DNA of 48,480 bases, taken from assembly GCA_030145085.1 (NCBI GenBank), contig JAQYWG010000004.1, forward strand, positions 1 to 48,480, in the 5' to 3' direction. The notes under the pieces are model-generated. The model had not been told where the DNA came from. It worked only from the letters and a program-made list of their open reading frames with translations, and did no database searches. A program made the position numbers and the translations under genes. This document shows, piece by piece, positions 1-7,907 of the stretch (position 1 is the stretch's first letter; the number at the start of each line of letters is the position of its first letter). Source of the stretch: Thermodesulfobacteriota bacterium. Lineage in GTDB: Bacteria > Desulfobacterota > BSN033 > WVXP01 > G020346125.

Positions 1-269
1 TGGGCGGACAGATCGGATGGCTCGCTTCTGGAATGGAGTTCCAGTTCCTACGTCCGATCTATATCAGCGAAACGATTACCTGTAGGGTAACTATCAAAGA
101 AATAGATGAGCGGAACTTTGCCAGGGCGGAGGGGATATTTACCAAGCAGGATGGCCAAAGGGTACTGAAAGCAACGCTGACCGGGTTTATTCCGGGAACC
201 CGCGAAAGGAAAGTCCTCTCAAAAATGATGGCTGAAGGTGATCCCACCAATAAACTTTGGCAAGGTTGA
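1..269 (+). CDS. MaoC-like (hotdog-fold) dehydratase, 5' part outside the window
   Basis: Frame is open from the window edge (GGQIGWLASGMEFQFLRPIYISETITCRVTI); the F-x-x-P-V/I-x-x-x-D/E-T pattern resembles MaoC/PhaJ C-terminal strands; stop TGA ends at 269. Confidence 0.7.
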   Translation, partial: GGQIGWLASGMEFQFLRPIYISETITCRVTIKEIDERNFARAEGIFTKQDGQRVLKATLTGFIPGTRERKVLSKMMAEGDPTNKLWQG

Positions 270-384
270 ACAACATATGGCACTCTGGGCAAGGACGGTG
301 GTCTTACTCGAGGAGATTGTATCAACAAATGTGCCGTACTGGCTCATCCCATCAATGCTTCCCTGACCTCCTCATAGAGTAAGA

Positions 385-630
385 TTAAAGCTCTGTGATC
401 ACCGTACTTAAGCCATCTGATACTTCCTCAACGCTCCAAACAACGGGCATCATGTCCTTAACCTCCTCGATATGGGTAATGAGAAAGATCTGGCGAGGTC
501 CGGGTCGATTTCAATAATCCTATCGAAACCTGCTTGAAGTCATCATAAACGTCTTTTTCCCTTTGATTAACGCTGCTGGGGTAACTTTTTCGTAAGCGGA
601 ATAACCCAAATGGGTATCCGATAGCAGCAC
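385..630 (-). pseudogene. Fused relic of an SbcD/Mre11 N-terminus and an SbcC/Rad50 C-terminus
   Basis: Manual translation: VLLSDTHLGYSAYEKVTP / VNQREKDVYDDFKQV / DRIIEIDPDL (three frames, 630-497), joined directly to RQIFLITHIEEVKDMMPVVWSVEEVSDGLSTVITEL* (495-385). Confidence 0.75.
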
Positions 631-674
631 TCTCTTTTCCTCAACCTTAACCTTACCCTCTTAAATCTCATCTC

Positions 675-747
675 TTACTGCTTACTTCTTACTTTTTGTT
701 ACCTCTTGCCTCTTGCCTCTTGCCTCTTGCCTCTCGCCTCTCACCTC
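675..747. repeat. Degenerate heptamer tandem array (TTRCCTC-type, about 10 units)
   Basis: TTACTGC TTACTTC TTACTTT ttg TTACCTC (TTGCCTC)x4 TCGCCTC TCACCTC. Confidence 0.9.
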
Positions 748-804
748 TTCCCTCCCTCCTCTCAGCCTTGACCTGGTGGGAATCAGAGATCTCGAGAAGG
801 CAAG

Positions 805-833
805 TTGACAGGTGGGAATCGTAGACGTATCAT
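805..833 (+). promoter_or_regulatory. sigma70-type promoter for the uracil-DNA glycosylase gene
   Basis: TTGACA(805-810)-17 nt-TATCAT(828-833). Confidence 0.7.
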
Positions 834-867
834 GGTATGGAGCAAAACCGATCCCATGAGGAATTTC

Positions 868-1551
868 ATGGATAAGGCAAAAAGATCCCTATTAAAGAGA
901 CAGTTCATCGAACTCATAGGAGATTTAAGGCATTACGTAGCCTATCAAGGAAGTCTGGGCGCGGAATTCCTCCCCGGATCCGCGAGAAAAATCCCTCATC
1001 CTCAGCCCACCTTAACCGAGGTGAGGAGGAAGCTGGGGGAGTGCAAGCGGTGTAAACTTCATCTAACGCGCCGACATATCGTCTTCGGTGACGGGAGCGA
1101 GAAGGCCCAATTGGTATTCATCGGGGAAGGTCCAGGAGAGGATGAAGACCGACAGGGAAGGCCTTTCGTCGGTAAGGCCGGGCAACTCTTAACTCGAATC
1201 ATCAATGCGATCGGCCTCAGGAGGGAAGAGGTCTATATCACCAATATTATTAAATGTCGCCCTCCCCATAATCGAAATCCTCAGCAGGACGAGATCGCCA
1301 CCTGTGAGCCTTTCCTCTATAAACAGCTAGAGATCATTCAGCCAAAAATCATCTGCGCCCTGGGGACCTTTGCGGCCCAAACGTTGCTCAAGAGTGATGA
1401 AAAGATTTCCAACTTGAGAGGACGGTTTTTTTTGTGCCACGGAATCAAGGTGATACCCACCTATCATCCGGCCTTTCTTTTGAGGAATCCCCACAAGAAA
1501 AGGGAAGTCTGGGAGGACATAAAGAAGGTTCACGAGGAATACATCACGTAG
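868..1551 (+). CDS. Uracil-DNA glycosylase family 4 (Fe-S)
   Basis: CKRCKL, GEGPG, GRPFVG, KCRPP and YHPA motifs; ATG 868 preceded by GAGGA; the ORF-track TTG start at 805 coincides with the -35 box. Confidence 0.92.
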   Translation: MDKAKRSLLKRQFIELIGDLRHYVAYQGSLGAEFLPGSARKIPHPQPTLTEVRRKLGECKRCKLHLTRRHIVFGDGSEKAQLVFIGEGPGEDEDRQGRPFVGKAGQLLTRIINAIGLRREEVYITNIIKCRPPHNRNPQQDEIATCEPFLYKQLEIIQPKIICALGTFAAQTLLKSDEKISNLRGRFFLCHGIKVIPTYHPAFLLRNPHKKREVWEDIKKVHEEYIT

Positions 1552-2408
1552 CTGAGCCGGTACTCCCTCTGCCAAACCTCATCCATAATGAGGCGGAGGG
1601 ATTGCTTGAAGAGCAATTCGTAGAGGGATAATTTCTTCTTCGGGTAAACCACCACGGGTTTCCCTTCAATCCCGATCATTTCGGCCGCTATTTCGATGGC
1701 GTCTTGAAGGCTTCCAAGCCGGTCAACCAACCCCAATTCCTTGGCCTGTTCCCCTGAAAAAATGCGGCCATCGGCGATCCGCCTTATCTTCCCTTCCTCC
1801 ATATTCCTGCCCTCCGCGACCGCCCGAACGAACTGACTGTGGACACTATCGATAACGCTCTGAAGGATTGCCTTCTCCTCAGAGGTCATTTCTCTTAACG
1901 GGGACCCGATATCCTTATGTTTACCGCTTTTGATCACGTAGCTCCGTAATCCTATTTTTTTCAATAAATCCTCTACATTTGAGAATTCCATCACCACACC
2001 GATGCTCCCCGTAATGGTTCCCGGATTGGCCACGATGATGTCCGAAGCACAGGCAACATAATACCCACCCGATGCGGCCACGGATTCCATCGAGGCGATA
2101 ATTTTCTTTTTCTCCTTGGCTCTCAAGACTTCCCGATAAATCTCCTGTGAAGGCCCGACGCCGCCTCCCGGGGAATTGATCCTCAAAATGATGGCCTTAA
2201 CATCGCTGTCCTCCTTCAATTTTTCGATCTGCTCAACGATGCCCCTGGAACTGGTGATCACCCCCTTAATATCCACCACGGCGATCTTATCCCCAAGGAC
2301 GAAGGCCCTTTCCTCTCCAAACCGACCTAAGAAAAAGAGCGATATGAGGAAGACGCCTAAAATAACTCCGATGATAATGAGACCTAACAATACGGGATGC
2401 TTTCTCAT
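1530..2408 (-). CDS. sppA: Signal peptide peptidase SppA (short 36K type, S49)
   Basis: N-terminal TM helix; INSPGG, AASGGYY, TGSIGV and ADGRIF motifs; AAGGAG upstream of ATG 2408. Confidence 0.93.
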   Translation of the reverse strand: MRKHPVLLGLIIIGVILGVFLISLFFLGRFGEERAFVLGDKIAVVDIKGVITSSRGIVEQIEKLKEDSDVKAIILRINSPGGGVGPSQEIYREVLRAKEKKKIIASMESVAASGGYYVACASDIIVANPGTITGSIGVVMEFSNVEDLLKKIGLRSYVIKSGKHKDIGSPLREMTSEEKAILQSVIDSVHSQFVRAVAEGRNMEEGKIRRIADGRIFSGEQAKELGLVDRLGSLQDAIEIAAEMIGIEGKPVVVYPKKKLSLYELLFKQSLRLIMDEVWQREYRLSYVMYSS

Positions 2409-2436
2409 GGGGCACTCCTTTTCTCGCATGAATCTT

Positions 2437-2762
2437 TACGGCTTAGTAAAAATTCCATCTGCCGTTCGACAGGCTCACGGCCCTGAGCAAAGCCGAAAGG
2501 CCACTCGACAGGCTCACGGCCCTGAGCAAAGCCGAAGGGCTGCGTTGCGCTTCATCCCCTGCCCTGTTACATTGAAGGCAGCCATATCAAGAGATATGGG
2601 ATAGAGAAGCTGCTTGAAAACAGTAACATCAAACAAAGAAAATATGTAACAGGGTGAATCACTGCAGCGTATTTCTATGTACGCCCCATTCCTCAGGACG
2701 TGCGCGCCTTGCATCTGAATTTTTTTCTTTGCCGTCTCATTTCAACTCATTACAATGACGTC
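2437..2762 (+). mobile_element. Composite TIR-bounded intergenic repeat, copy A (two 39-bp REP-like units plus a nested mini-element)
   Basis: Starts tACGGCTTAGTAAAAATTCC, ends TTACAATGACGTC; shares the GCGTA..GTACGC hairpin and GCGCGCCTTGCATCTG with copies at 8827, 14578 and 21773. Confidence 0.85.
2562..2654. mobile_element. 93-bp MITE-like insert inside repeat copy A
   Basis: Perfect 11-bp inverted ends CCCTGTTACAT / ATGTAACAGGG; absent from the other three copies. Confidence 0.7.
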
Positions 2763-2790
2763 AATATAAATAAAGAAAGGGCAGGGACCT

Positions 2791-3483
2791 TTAAGACCCT
2801 GATGCTTCCCTTGGCATAAAACGAACCATAACCTGATCCTCAAGGGTTTGATGGATCTCCAGGAAGAATTCCTCAAACTCCTTTGTCGTCAAAGCATCGA
2901 GAAAGGATTGGATATCGCCGGCTAATTCAATGTCCATGGTGAACTCTCCTGTCATCACGGACCGAAGTTGAACCCCCCTGACGAATTCAAGCCCTTCCCT
3001 CAGGAAATCCTCAAATTCCCTATACCAAGGATACCGAGAGACCTCAGCGAGGACCATTCGGATGCGGACAATCTCCTCCTGGACGACCTTCTCCCCCAAT
3101 AAGCCCAGAGCCGACAGCGAATCCTTCAATTTATGGAGGTCCACCTGAGCTTGCAACAATACCTCATGCCCATCATCCCTCCCTGTCTCGGAGAGAATCT
3201 TGAAGGTTTGCACGTATTGGGTCACCCGGCTGAAGATCTCCATGTTCAGCGTAACGGTATTCTCTTCAAGCATGGGTGCTGTAATAAACTCCAGCAGAGA
3301 GATCCGTACCGCCTCCTTGAGGGCATTTAGAATTGCATCTTGACGGGCCCTCCCGACGTTCCCCGCAACCATTTCCCCAGACCCCACTACCATCAGTTCC
3401 TTTACCTGGGGCAATTCCGTGGCCGAAAGGTCTATTATCACGGCCACAATCAATAAACCAACAATGATAACAATCCTTTTCAT
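2791..3483 (-). CDS. Exported protein with FlgT N-terminal-like domain
   Basis: Signal peptide; G-x-G...ARQDAILNALKEAV pattern resembling FlgT_N/LPP20-like domains. Confidence 0.55.
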   Translation of the reverse strand: MKRIVIIVGLLIVAVIIDLSATELPQVKELMVVGSGEMVAGNVGRARQDAILNALKEAVRISLLEFITAPMLEENTVTLNMEIFSRVTQYVQTFKILSETGRDDGHEVLLQAQVDLHKLKDSLSALGLLGEKVVQEEIVRIRMVLAEVSRYPWYREFEDFLREGLEFVRGVQLRSVMTGEFTMDIELAGDIQSFLDALTTKEFEEFFLEIHQTLEDQVMVRFMPREASGS

Positions 3484-3492
3484 GGATTTCCC

Positions 3493-4215
3493 CTACCCTC
3501 CCGAGAGGGCGAAAATCTCTATCGGTCCAAATGGAGTCCTTTGATAAACCTTAATCATCCTCATTTTGATCAATTCCAAAAGAGCGAGGAAGGTGAGAAT
3601 AATATCCTCCTTGGACGATGCCCCGGAAAAGAGCGACGAGAAGAGAAGTCCATTCTTTTCCAATTTGACCGCCTCCAGAATTTGGGCGATCCGCTCCTCT
3701 ATCGTTATCCGATCCAGGGTAATATCATAGGCCGCTTCGATGGAGGCCCGATTCAAAACATCCTTGAGGGCCTCGATCAGTTCGAAAACCCCGATCTCAA
3801 CTAGTCTCCTATCTTCAGATCCCTCTGCTTGATTTCCCTGCACGAAGATATCCCTTTCCAACATATCCCTCTCATGGAATCGAGCAGCCGCTTCCTTGTA
3901 TTTCTGATATTCCAATAGCCTGTTCACCAGCTCTGCCCTCGGGTCTTCCCCCCCTTCTTCCTCCCCTTCGGGCGGTAATGGCAACAATGTCTTCGATTTT
4001 ATTTGGAGCAAGGTCGCCGCCATCAAAAGGAATTCACCGGCAACATCCAAGTTGAGACTCCTCATCATGCTGAGATAATCCAGGTATTGGTCTGTGATCG
4101 TGGCGATGGGAATATCGTATATGTCTACCTGGTTCCGTCTGATGAGGTGCAAGAGAAGGTCCAAGGGGCCCTCGAAAATCTCCAATTTTACCGTGTATGG
4201 ATCTACAGTAACCAT
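3493..4215 (-). CDS. scpA: Segregation and condensation protein A (kleisin)
   Basis: FEGPLDLLLHLI, IKSKTLLP, RLLEYQKYK and TFLALLEL motifs. Confidence 0.95.
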   Translation of the reverse strand: MVTVDPYTVKLEIFEGPLDLLLHLIRRNQVDIYDIPIATITDQYLDYLSMMRSLNLDVAGEFLLMAATLLQIKSKTLLPLPPEGEEEGGEDPRAELVNRLLEYQKYKEAAARFHERDMLERDIFVQGNQAEGSEDRRLVEIGVFELIEALKDVLNRASIEAAYDITLDRITIEERIAQILEAVKLEKNGLLFSSLFSGASSKEDIILTFLALLELIKMRMIKVYQRTPFGPIEIFALSGG

Positions 4216-4250
4216 TGAATATACCGATGCATTCCCCCTATATCATCATA

Positions 4251-4889
4251 CTAAGGACCCAAAAAGACGTCCATAAAGAATCCGATAATGGGCCAGATAA
4301 GATCGATCACCCCCGTAAAGAAAAGTAATAATATGATGATAAATCCAAAAGGCTCCAATTTCGAAAATACCGCCGCCTGTTCCGGGGGAAGAAGATGGGC
4401 CAAAACCCGACTTCCGTCAAGGGGGGGAATAGGAATCGCATTGAAGACGGCTAAGATAATATTAATCATGACGCTGACCGCGAGCATCTTTAACAGAGGC
4501 TCTCCAATGAAGCCTAATGAACTGGGGAGGAGAAATCTCATCATCCGAAATACCATGGCGGAAACGGCCGCCAAGGCCAAATTGGTCAATATGCCGGCGA
4601 GGGATATCCAAATTATATCCCTCCTCGGATTTCGCAGATTGTAGGGATTGATGGGAACGGGTTTGGCATAGCCGAATATAAACCCGCCTGAAATGAGCAG
4701 GACCAGCGGCAAAATGATGGTGCCGAATAAATCGATGTGGGCCGCGGGGTTTAGGGTTATTCGCCCCGAGTATCGGGCGGTGGAATCGCCCAGCCTATCG
4801 GCGACCCATCCATGGGAGACCTCATGAAGGATGATGGCCAACAAAATCGGAATGACAGAAATGGATATTCTTTGAATTATTGAATCCAT
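4251..4889 (-). CDS. Site-2 protease (M50 intramembrane metalloprotease)
   Basis: HEVSH zinc motif and FNAIPIPPLDG; start moved to ATG 4889 because the longer ORF begins inside a repeat. Confidence 0.92.
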   Translation of the reverse strand: MDSIIQRISISVIPILLAIILHEVSHGWVADRLGDSTARYSGRITLNPAAHIDLFGTIILPLVLLISGGFIFGYAKPVPINPYNLRNPRRDIIWISLAGILTNLALAAVSAMVFRMMRFLLPSSLGFIGEPLLKMLAVSVMINIILAVFNAIPIPPLDGSRVLAHLLPPEQAAVFSKLEPFGFIIILLLFFTGVIDLIWPIIGFFMDVFLGP

Positions 4890-4919
4890 AGGCCACCCTT
4901 GGGGGAAAAGGCATCGGAT

Positions 4920-5204
4920 TAAGTCCTTCGGTTCATACGTTCGATTACGAACATATTTAGACTTCGGCTGAGACATGTCGACGAGCCCCTCGGCCTGAGC
5001 TCGGGTCGAAGGCTCATGTCGAGTCGCTCAGTCGAAGCCCTCAGGACTTAGTGCTGCCCTCGGCCATGAGACATGTCGACGAGCCCCTCGGCCTGAGCTC
5101 GGGTCGAAGGCTCATGTCGAGTCGCTCGGGCCGAATGGAGTGAACATTTGCTCAGATCTTGCCCCAAGAAATTCGTTATTGTATTTGCGAATCGAAGCAC
5201 TAAG
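4920..5204. repeat. Nested palindromic (REP-like) cluster with a perfect 61-bp direct repeat
   Basis: 4969-5029 is identical to 5067-5127; outer inverted pairs TAAGTCCT/AGGACTTA (4920-5050) and CTTAGTGCT/AGCACTAAG (5047-5204). Confidence 0.88.
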
Positions 5205-7854
5205 CCGTTCCCCTTTGATTTATATAGGTCCTTTTCACGTAATCGACCTCATCGTCCCTCGTTCTGATGCGCCGATCGAGACGAGCCCTCAGGAGATCGG
5301 CCAATATCTCCTTCATGATAGGTCCTGGACGAACACCCAATCGGATCAAATCCCTCCCCTTTAATAAGGGTTTCAGCCCCCGAAGCGTTGTAAAGAAAAG
5401 GGAGATCCACTGTTTCGTCTCTTTTTTGGTGGTCTTGGCCATCATGAAGAGCTTCGCCTCCGTTGAAAGGGGTTCCAAGAGCTCATACATTGCGCTTCGT
5501 CGAATCCTTCTCCTGGAATCCAATCTTCGGACAATCTCCCTCAGGGTCTCCTCGGCCTCTGTCCTTCCGTTTCTGATCTTCTCCTTGTTTTTCTCGGAGA
5601 ACGAAAGCCGTTGGCAGACATCCAAGGCCTCTTCCTCCGCCAGGGAATCCATCAACCCATAAAAATAGACCTGCCACTTTTCGCACTCTCCCTCCAAAAA
5701 GAGCAGGTCGTACCAGGATATGACATTCTTAATGGCCTCTAACAGGTTCTCGCTCTCCTTCTCCCAGGGGATTTTGGTGTGGATGGATTTCAATAGGTCC
5801 AGTTCACTCATCCTTCGAAGAATGGGGATTGGATCCTCTTCGTTGAAGATGAGCACCAGTTCGGTAAAGATCCTTCGCCCCGAAAGGCGATCCAGAAATC
5901 CCATCTTCACGGCATTCTTAATCAGATTCTGGGTTTGCTTGTCCAATTGGAAGCCAAACCGCTGCTCGAAGCGAATGGCACGCAAAACCCTCGTTGGGTC
6001 TTCGACGAAACTCAGGTTATGAAGTACCCGGATTACCTTCTCCTTAATATCCCTTTGGGCGCCGAAGAAATCGACCAGTTCGCCAAATTCCTCCCCATTC
6101 AATTTGATGGCCAGGGTATTAATGGTAAAGTCCCTTCGATAGAGGTCATTCTTGATGGAACTGAGTTCCACCGTGGGAAGGGCAGCGGGAAAATCATAGT
6201 ATTCCAACCGAGCTGTTGCTATATCAACCTTGAGGTTGTTCGAAAAACGGAGAGCAGCCGTTCCAAACCGCCGGTTAATCCTGATCTTACAGGGATGCCT
6301 CTCGGCAAAATATTCTGCGAATCGGATGCCATCCCCCTCCACTACGATATCCACGTCTAAGTTATGGTCTCTCAGCAAAAGGTCCCGAACGAACCCTCCC
6401 ACCGCATACACGGGACAGCTCAAATCCTCCCCAACCCTGCCGAACTCCCGGAGAATGTCTTGAACCCTCGACGGAAGCCTCTCCTGCATCAACTTCGTGA
6501 TCATCTTCTTCCTGGCATAGAGCTTGTGAACCTCAAGGGGAAAAGGGGAATCGGATCGTCCCACCAAATCCTCCTGAATGGCCCTTAAGACGTCCGTCCG
6601 GGTGATGGCCCCCAAAAGTTCACCTCCCTCCATTACGGGCAAAAATCGCTGATTGTTGCCCACGATAAGGCGTTGAACGTTAGTTAGGGGCGTGGTCATA
6701 TCGACTACCGAAAATTCCGTGCTCATGTATTCCTTGACCGGGCGATCTCCGAGCCCATGGAATGAGGCCTTTTCGATGACCTGTCTGGATATCAACCCCG
6801 CCAATTTCCTTCCCCTCATCACCGGCAATACGTTGATATTATACCGAGTGAGGAGATCCCCTGCTTCGGACAGCCTCCTCTCGTCTTGGATGGTCTTCAC
6901 CGGAGAGGTCATGAGGTCCTTGGCGAATTTCCCCAGTTTAACAGTCCCCTGAAGCACCTTCACCAATTTCTCGGCGCACTGGATTAATGTCAAATCCTTT
7001 ACGGTGGCCGAGGCGGCCGTCGCATGCCCACCTCCTCCAAACTCCAACAGAATTTCCGCCACGTTGACCTCCTCGATCCGGCTCCTTCCAATCATGTGGA
7101 CCCGATCCTCCATCCGAACCAAGGCGAAAAGCACATCCAAATTCTCCATATCCTTTAATTTATGGACGAGGATGGCGATATCACCGACGTATTGATCCGC
7201 CGAGGCCGTAGCAATAACCACATCAATGCCACCTATCGTGTAGTTGGTAGCGGACTGGATCAGGTCGTTGAGAAGAAAAACCTGTTCCGCCGTCAGCTCC
7301 TTGGTCACCATATCCGATATCATATTGAGACTTGCACCCTGTGACAGCAGATATGCGGCGGCATGAAAGTCATCCTCCGTTGTCGAGGAAAAGGTGAGGG
7401 AGCCCGTATCTTCGTAAATCCCCAGCATCATTACCGTCGCCTCATCGGAGGTTATATCAATATCTCTCTCCCTCAAAACCTCCAGCATCAAGGTGATAGC
7501 AGATCCCACTTCCTTCACCACTTCTACTGAACCCTTAATATCATCCGAAGAGGGAGGATGGTGATCGTAGATGTGGATGTCCACTGTTGGCCTCTTTACG
7601 ATTTGAGCGAACTTCCCGATTCGGCTTTTCTGTCGAGTATCGACGAGGATGAGACGGTTGATTCGATCCAGATCCACGTTTTTCATCCGTTCGGCCTCGA
7701 ATACGTAAATGGTGGACCGGACGAAAAAATCCCTTAGGCTCCCCTCCTGGGACCCCGGGAAAACCAAAATCGCCTCAGGATAGAGCTTCTTAGCCGCTAA
7801 CATGCAGGCCAAAGCGTCGAAATCGGCGTTGATGTGGGTAGTAATGACCTCCAT
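5200..7854 (-). CDS. tRNA nucleotidyltransferase with DHH/DHHA1 and CBS domains (A-adding type)
   Basis: DFDA...DHH...GGGH (DHH/DHHA1), CBS pair, then GGFVRDLLL-DVDIV, RRDFTIN and EDPTRVLRAIRF class II NTase motifs. Confidence 0.9.
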   Translation of the reverse strand: MEVITTHINADFDALACMLAAKKLYPEAILVFPGSQEGSLRDFFVRSTIYVFEAERMKNVDLDRINRLILVDTRQKSRIGKFAQIVKRPTVDIHIYDHHPPSSDDIKGSVEVVKEVGSAITLMLEVLRERDIDITSDEATVMMLGIYEDTGSLTFSSTTEDDFHAAAYLLSQGASLNMISDMVTKELTAEQVFLLNDLIQSATNYTIGGIDVVIATASADQYVGDIAILVHKLKDMENLDVLFALVRMEDRVHMIGRSRIEEVNVAEILLEFGGGGHATAASATVKDLTLIQCAEKLVKVLQGTVKLGKFAKDLMTSPVKTIQDERRLSEAGDLLTRYNINVLPVMRGRKLAGLISRQVIEKASFHGLGDRPVKEYMSTEFSVVDMTTPLTNVQRLIVGNNQRFLPVMEGGELLGAITRTDVLRAIQEDLVGRSDSPFPLEVHKLYARKKMITKLMQERLPSRVQDILREFGRVGEDLSCPVYAVGGFVRDLLLRDHNLDVDIVVEGDGIRFAEYFAERHPCKIRINRRFGTAALRFSNNLKVDIATARLEYYDFPAALPTVELSSIKNDLYRRDFTINTLAIKLNGEEFGELVDFFGAQRDIKEKVIRVLHNLSFVEDPTRVLRAIRFEQRFGFQLDKQTQNLIKNAVKMGFLDRLSGRRIFTELVLIFNEEDPIPILRRMSELDLLKSIHTKIPWEKESENLLEAIKNVISWYDLLFLEGECEKWQVYFYGLMDSLAEEEALDVCQRLSFSEKNKEKIRNGRTEAEETLREIVRRLDSRRRIRRSAMYELLEPLSTEAKLFMMAKTTKKETKQWISLFFTTLRGLKPLLKGRDLIRLGVRPGPIMKEILADLLRARLDRRIRTRDDEVDYVKRTYINQRGTA

Positions 7855-7907
7855 TGCTATCTCGAAGGCTGAGGGTATCCCCTTTCCCCCTCAGCGAACG
7901 GTGGCGA

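Noticed and set aside
270-347. Possible start of a third gene (MSQYGTFVDT...) downstream of the sbcC relic, e.g. herA or nurA
   Set aside because: No recognisable motif, and it runs antisense into the MaoC gene; unsupported without a search
1530-1551. 22-bp tail-to-tail overlap of the UDG gene and sppA
   Set aside because: Short convergent overlaps are common and need no special explanation
2176-2714. ORFs 2176-2604 and 2514-2714, and similar ORFs at 8896-9168, 14563-14827 and 21777-22134
   Set aside because: They are translations of the dispersed repeat (shared AVRQAHG.EQSR and LTALSKA peptides), not genes
4969-5127. 61-bp direct repeat with a 37-nt gap, and tandem 39-bp units elsewhere, as a CRISPR array
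   Set aside because: Only two units, the repeat is too long, the gap is itself palindromic shell, the 39-bp units have no spacers, and there are no cas genes
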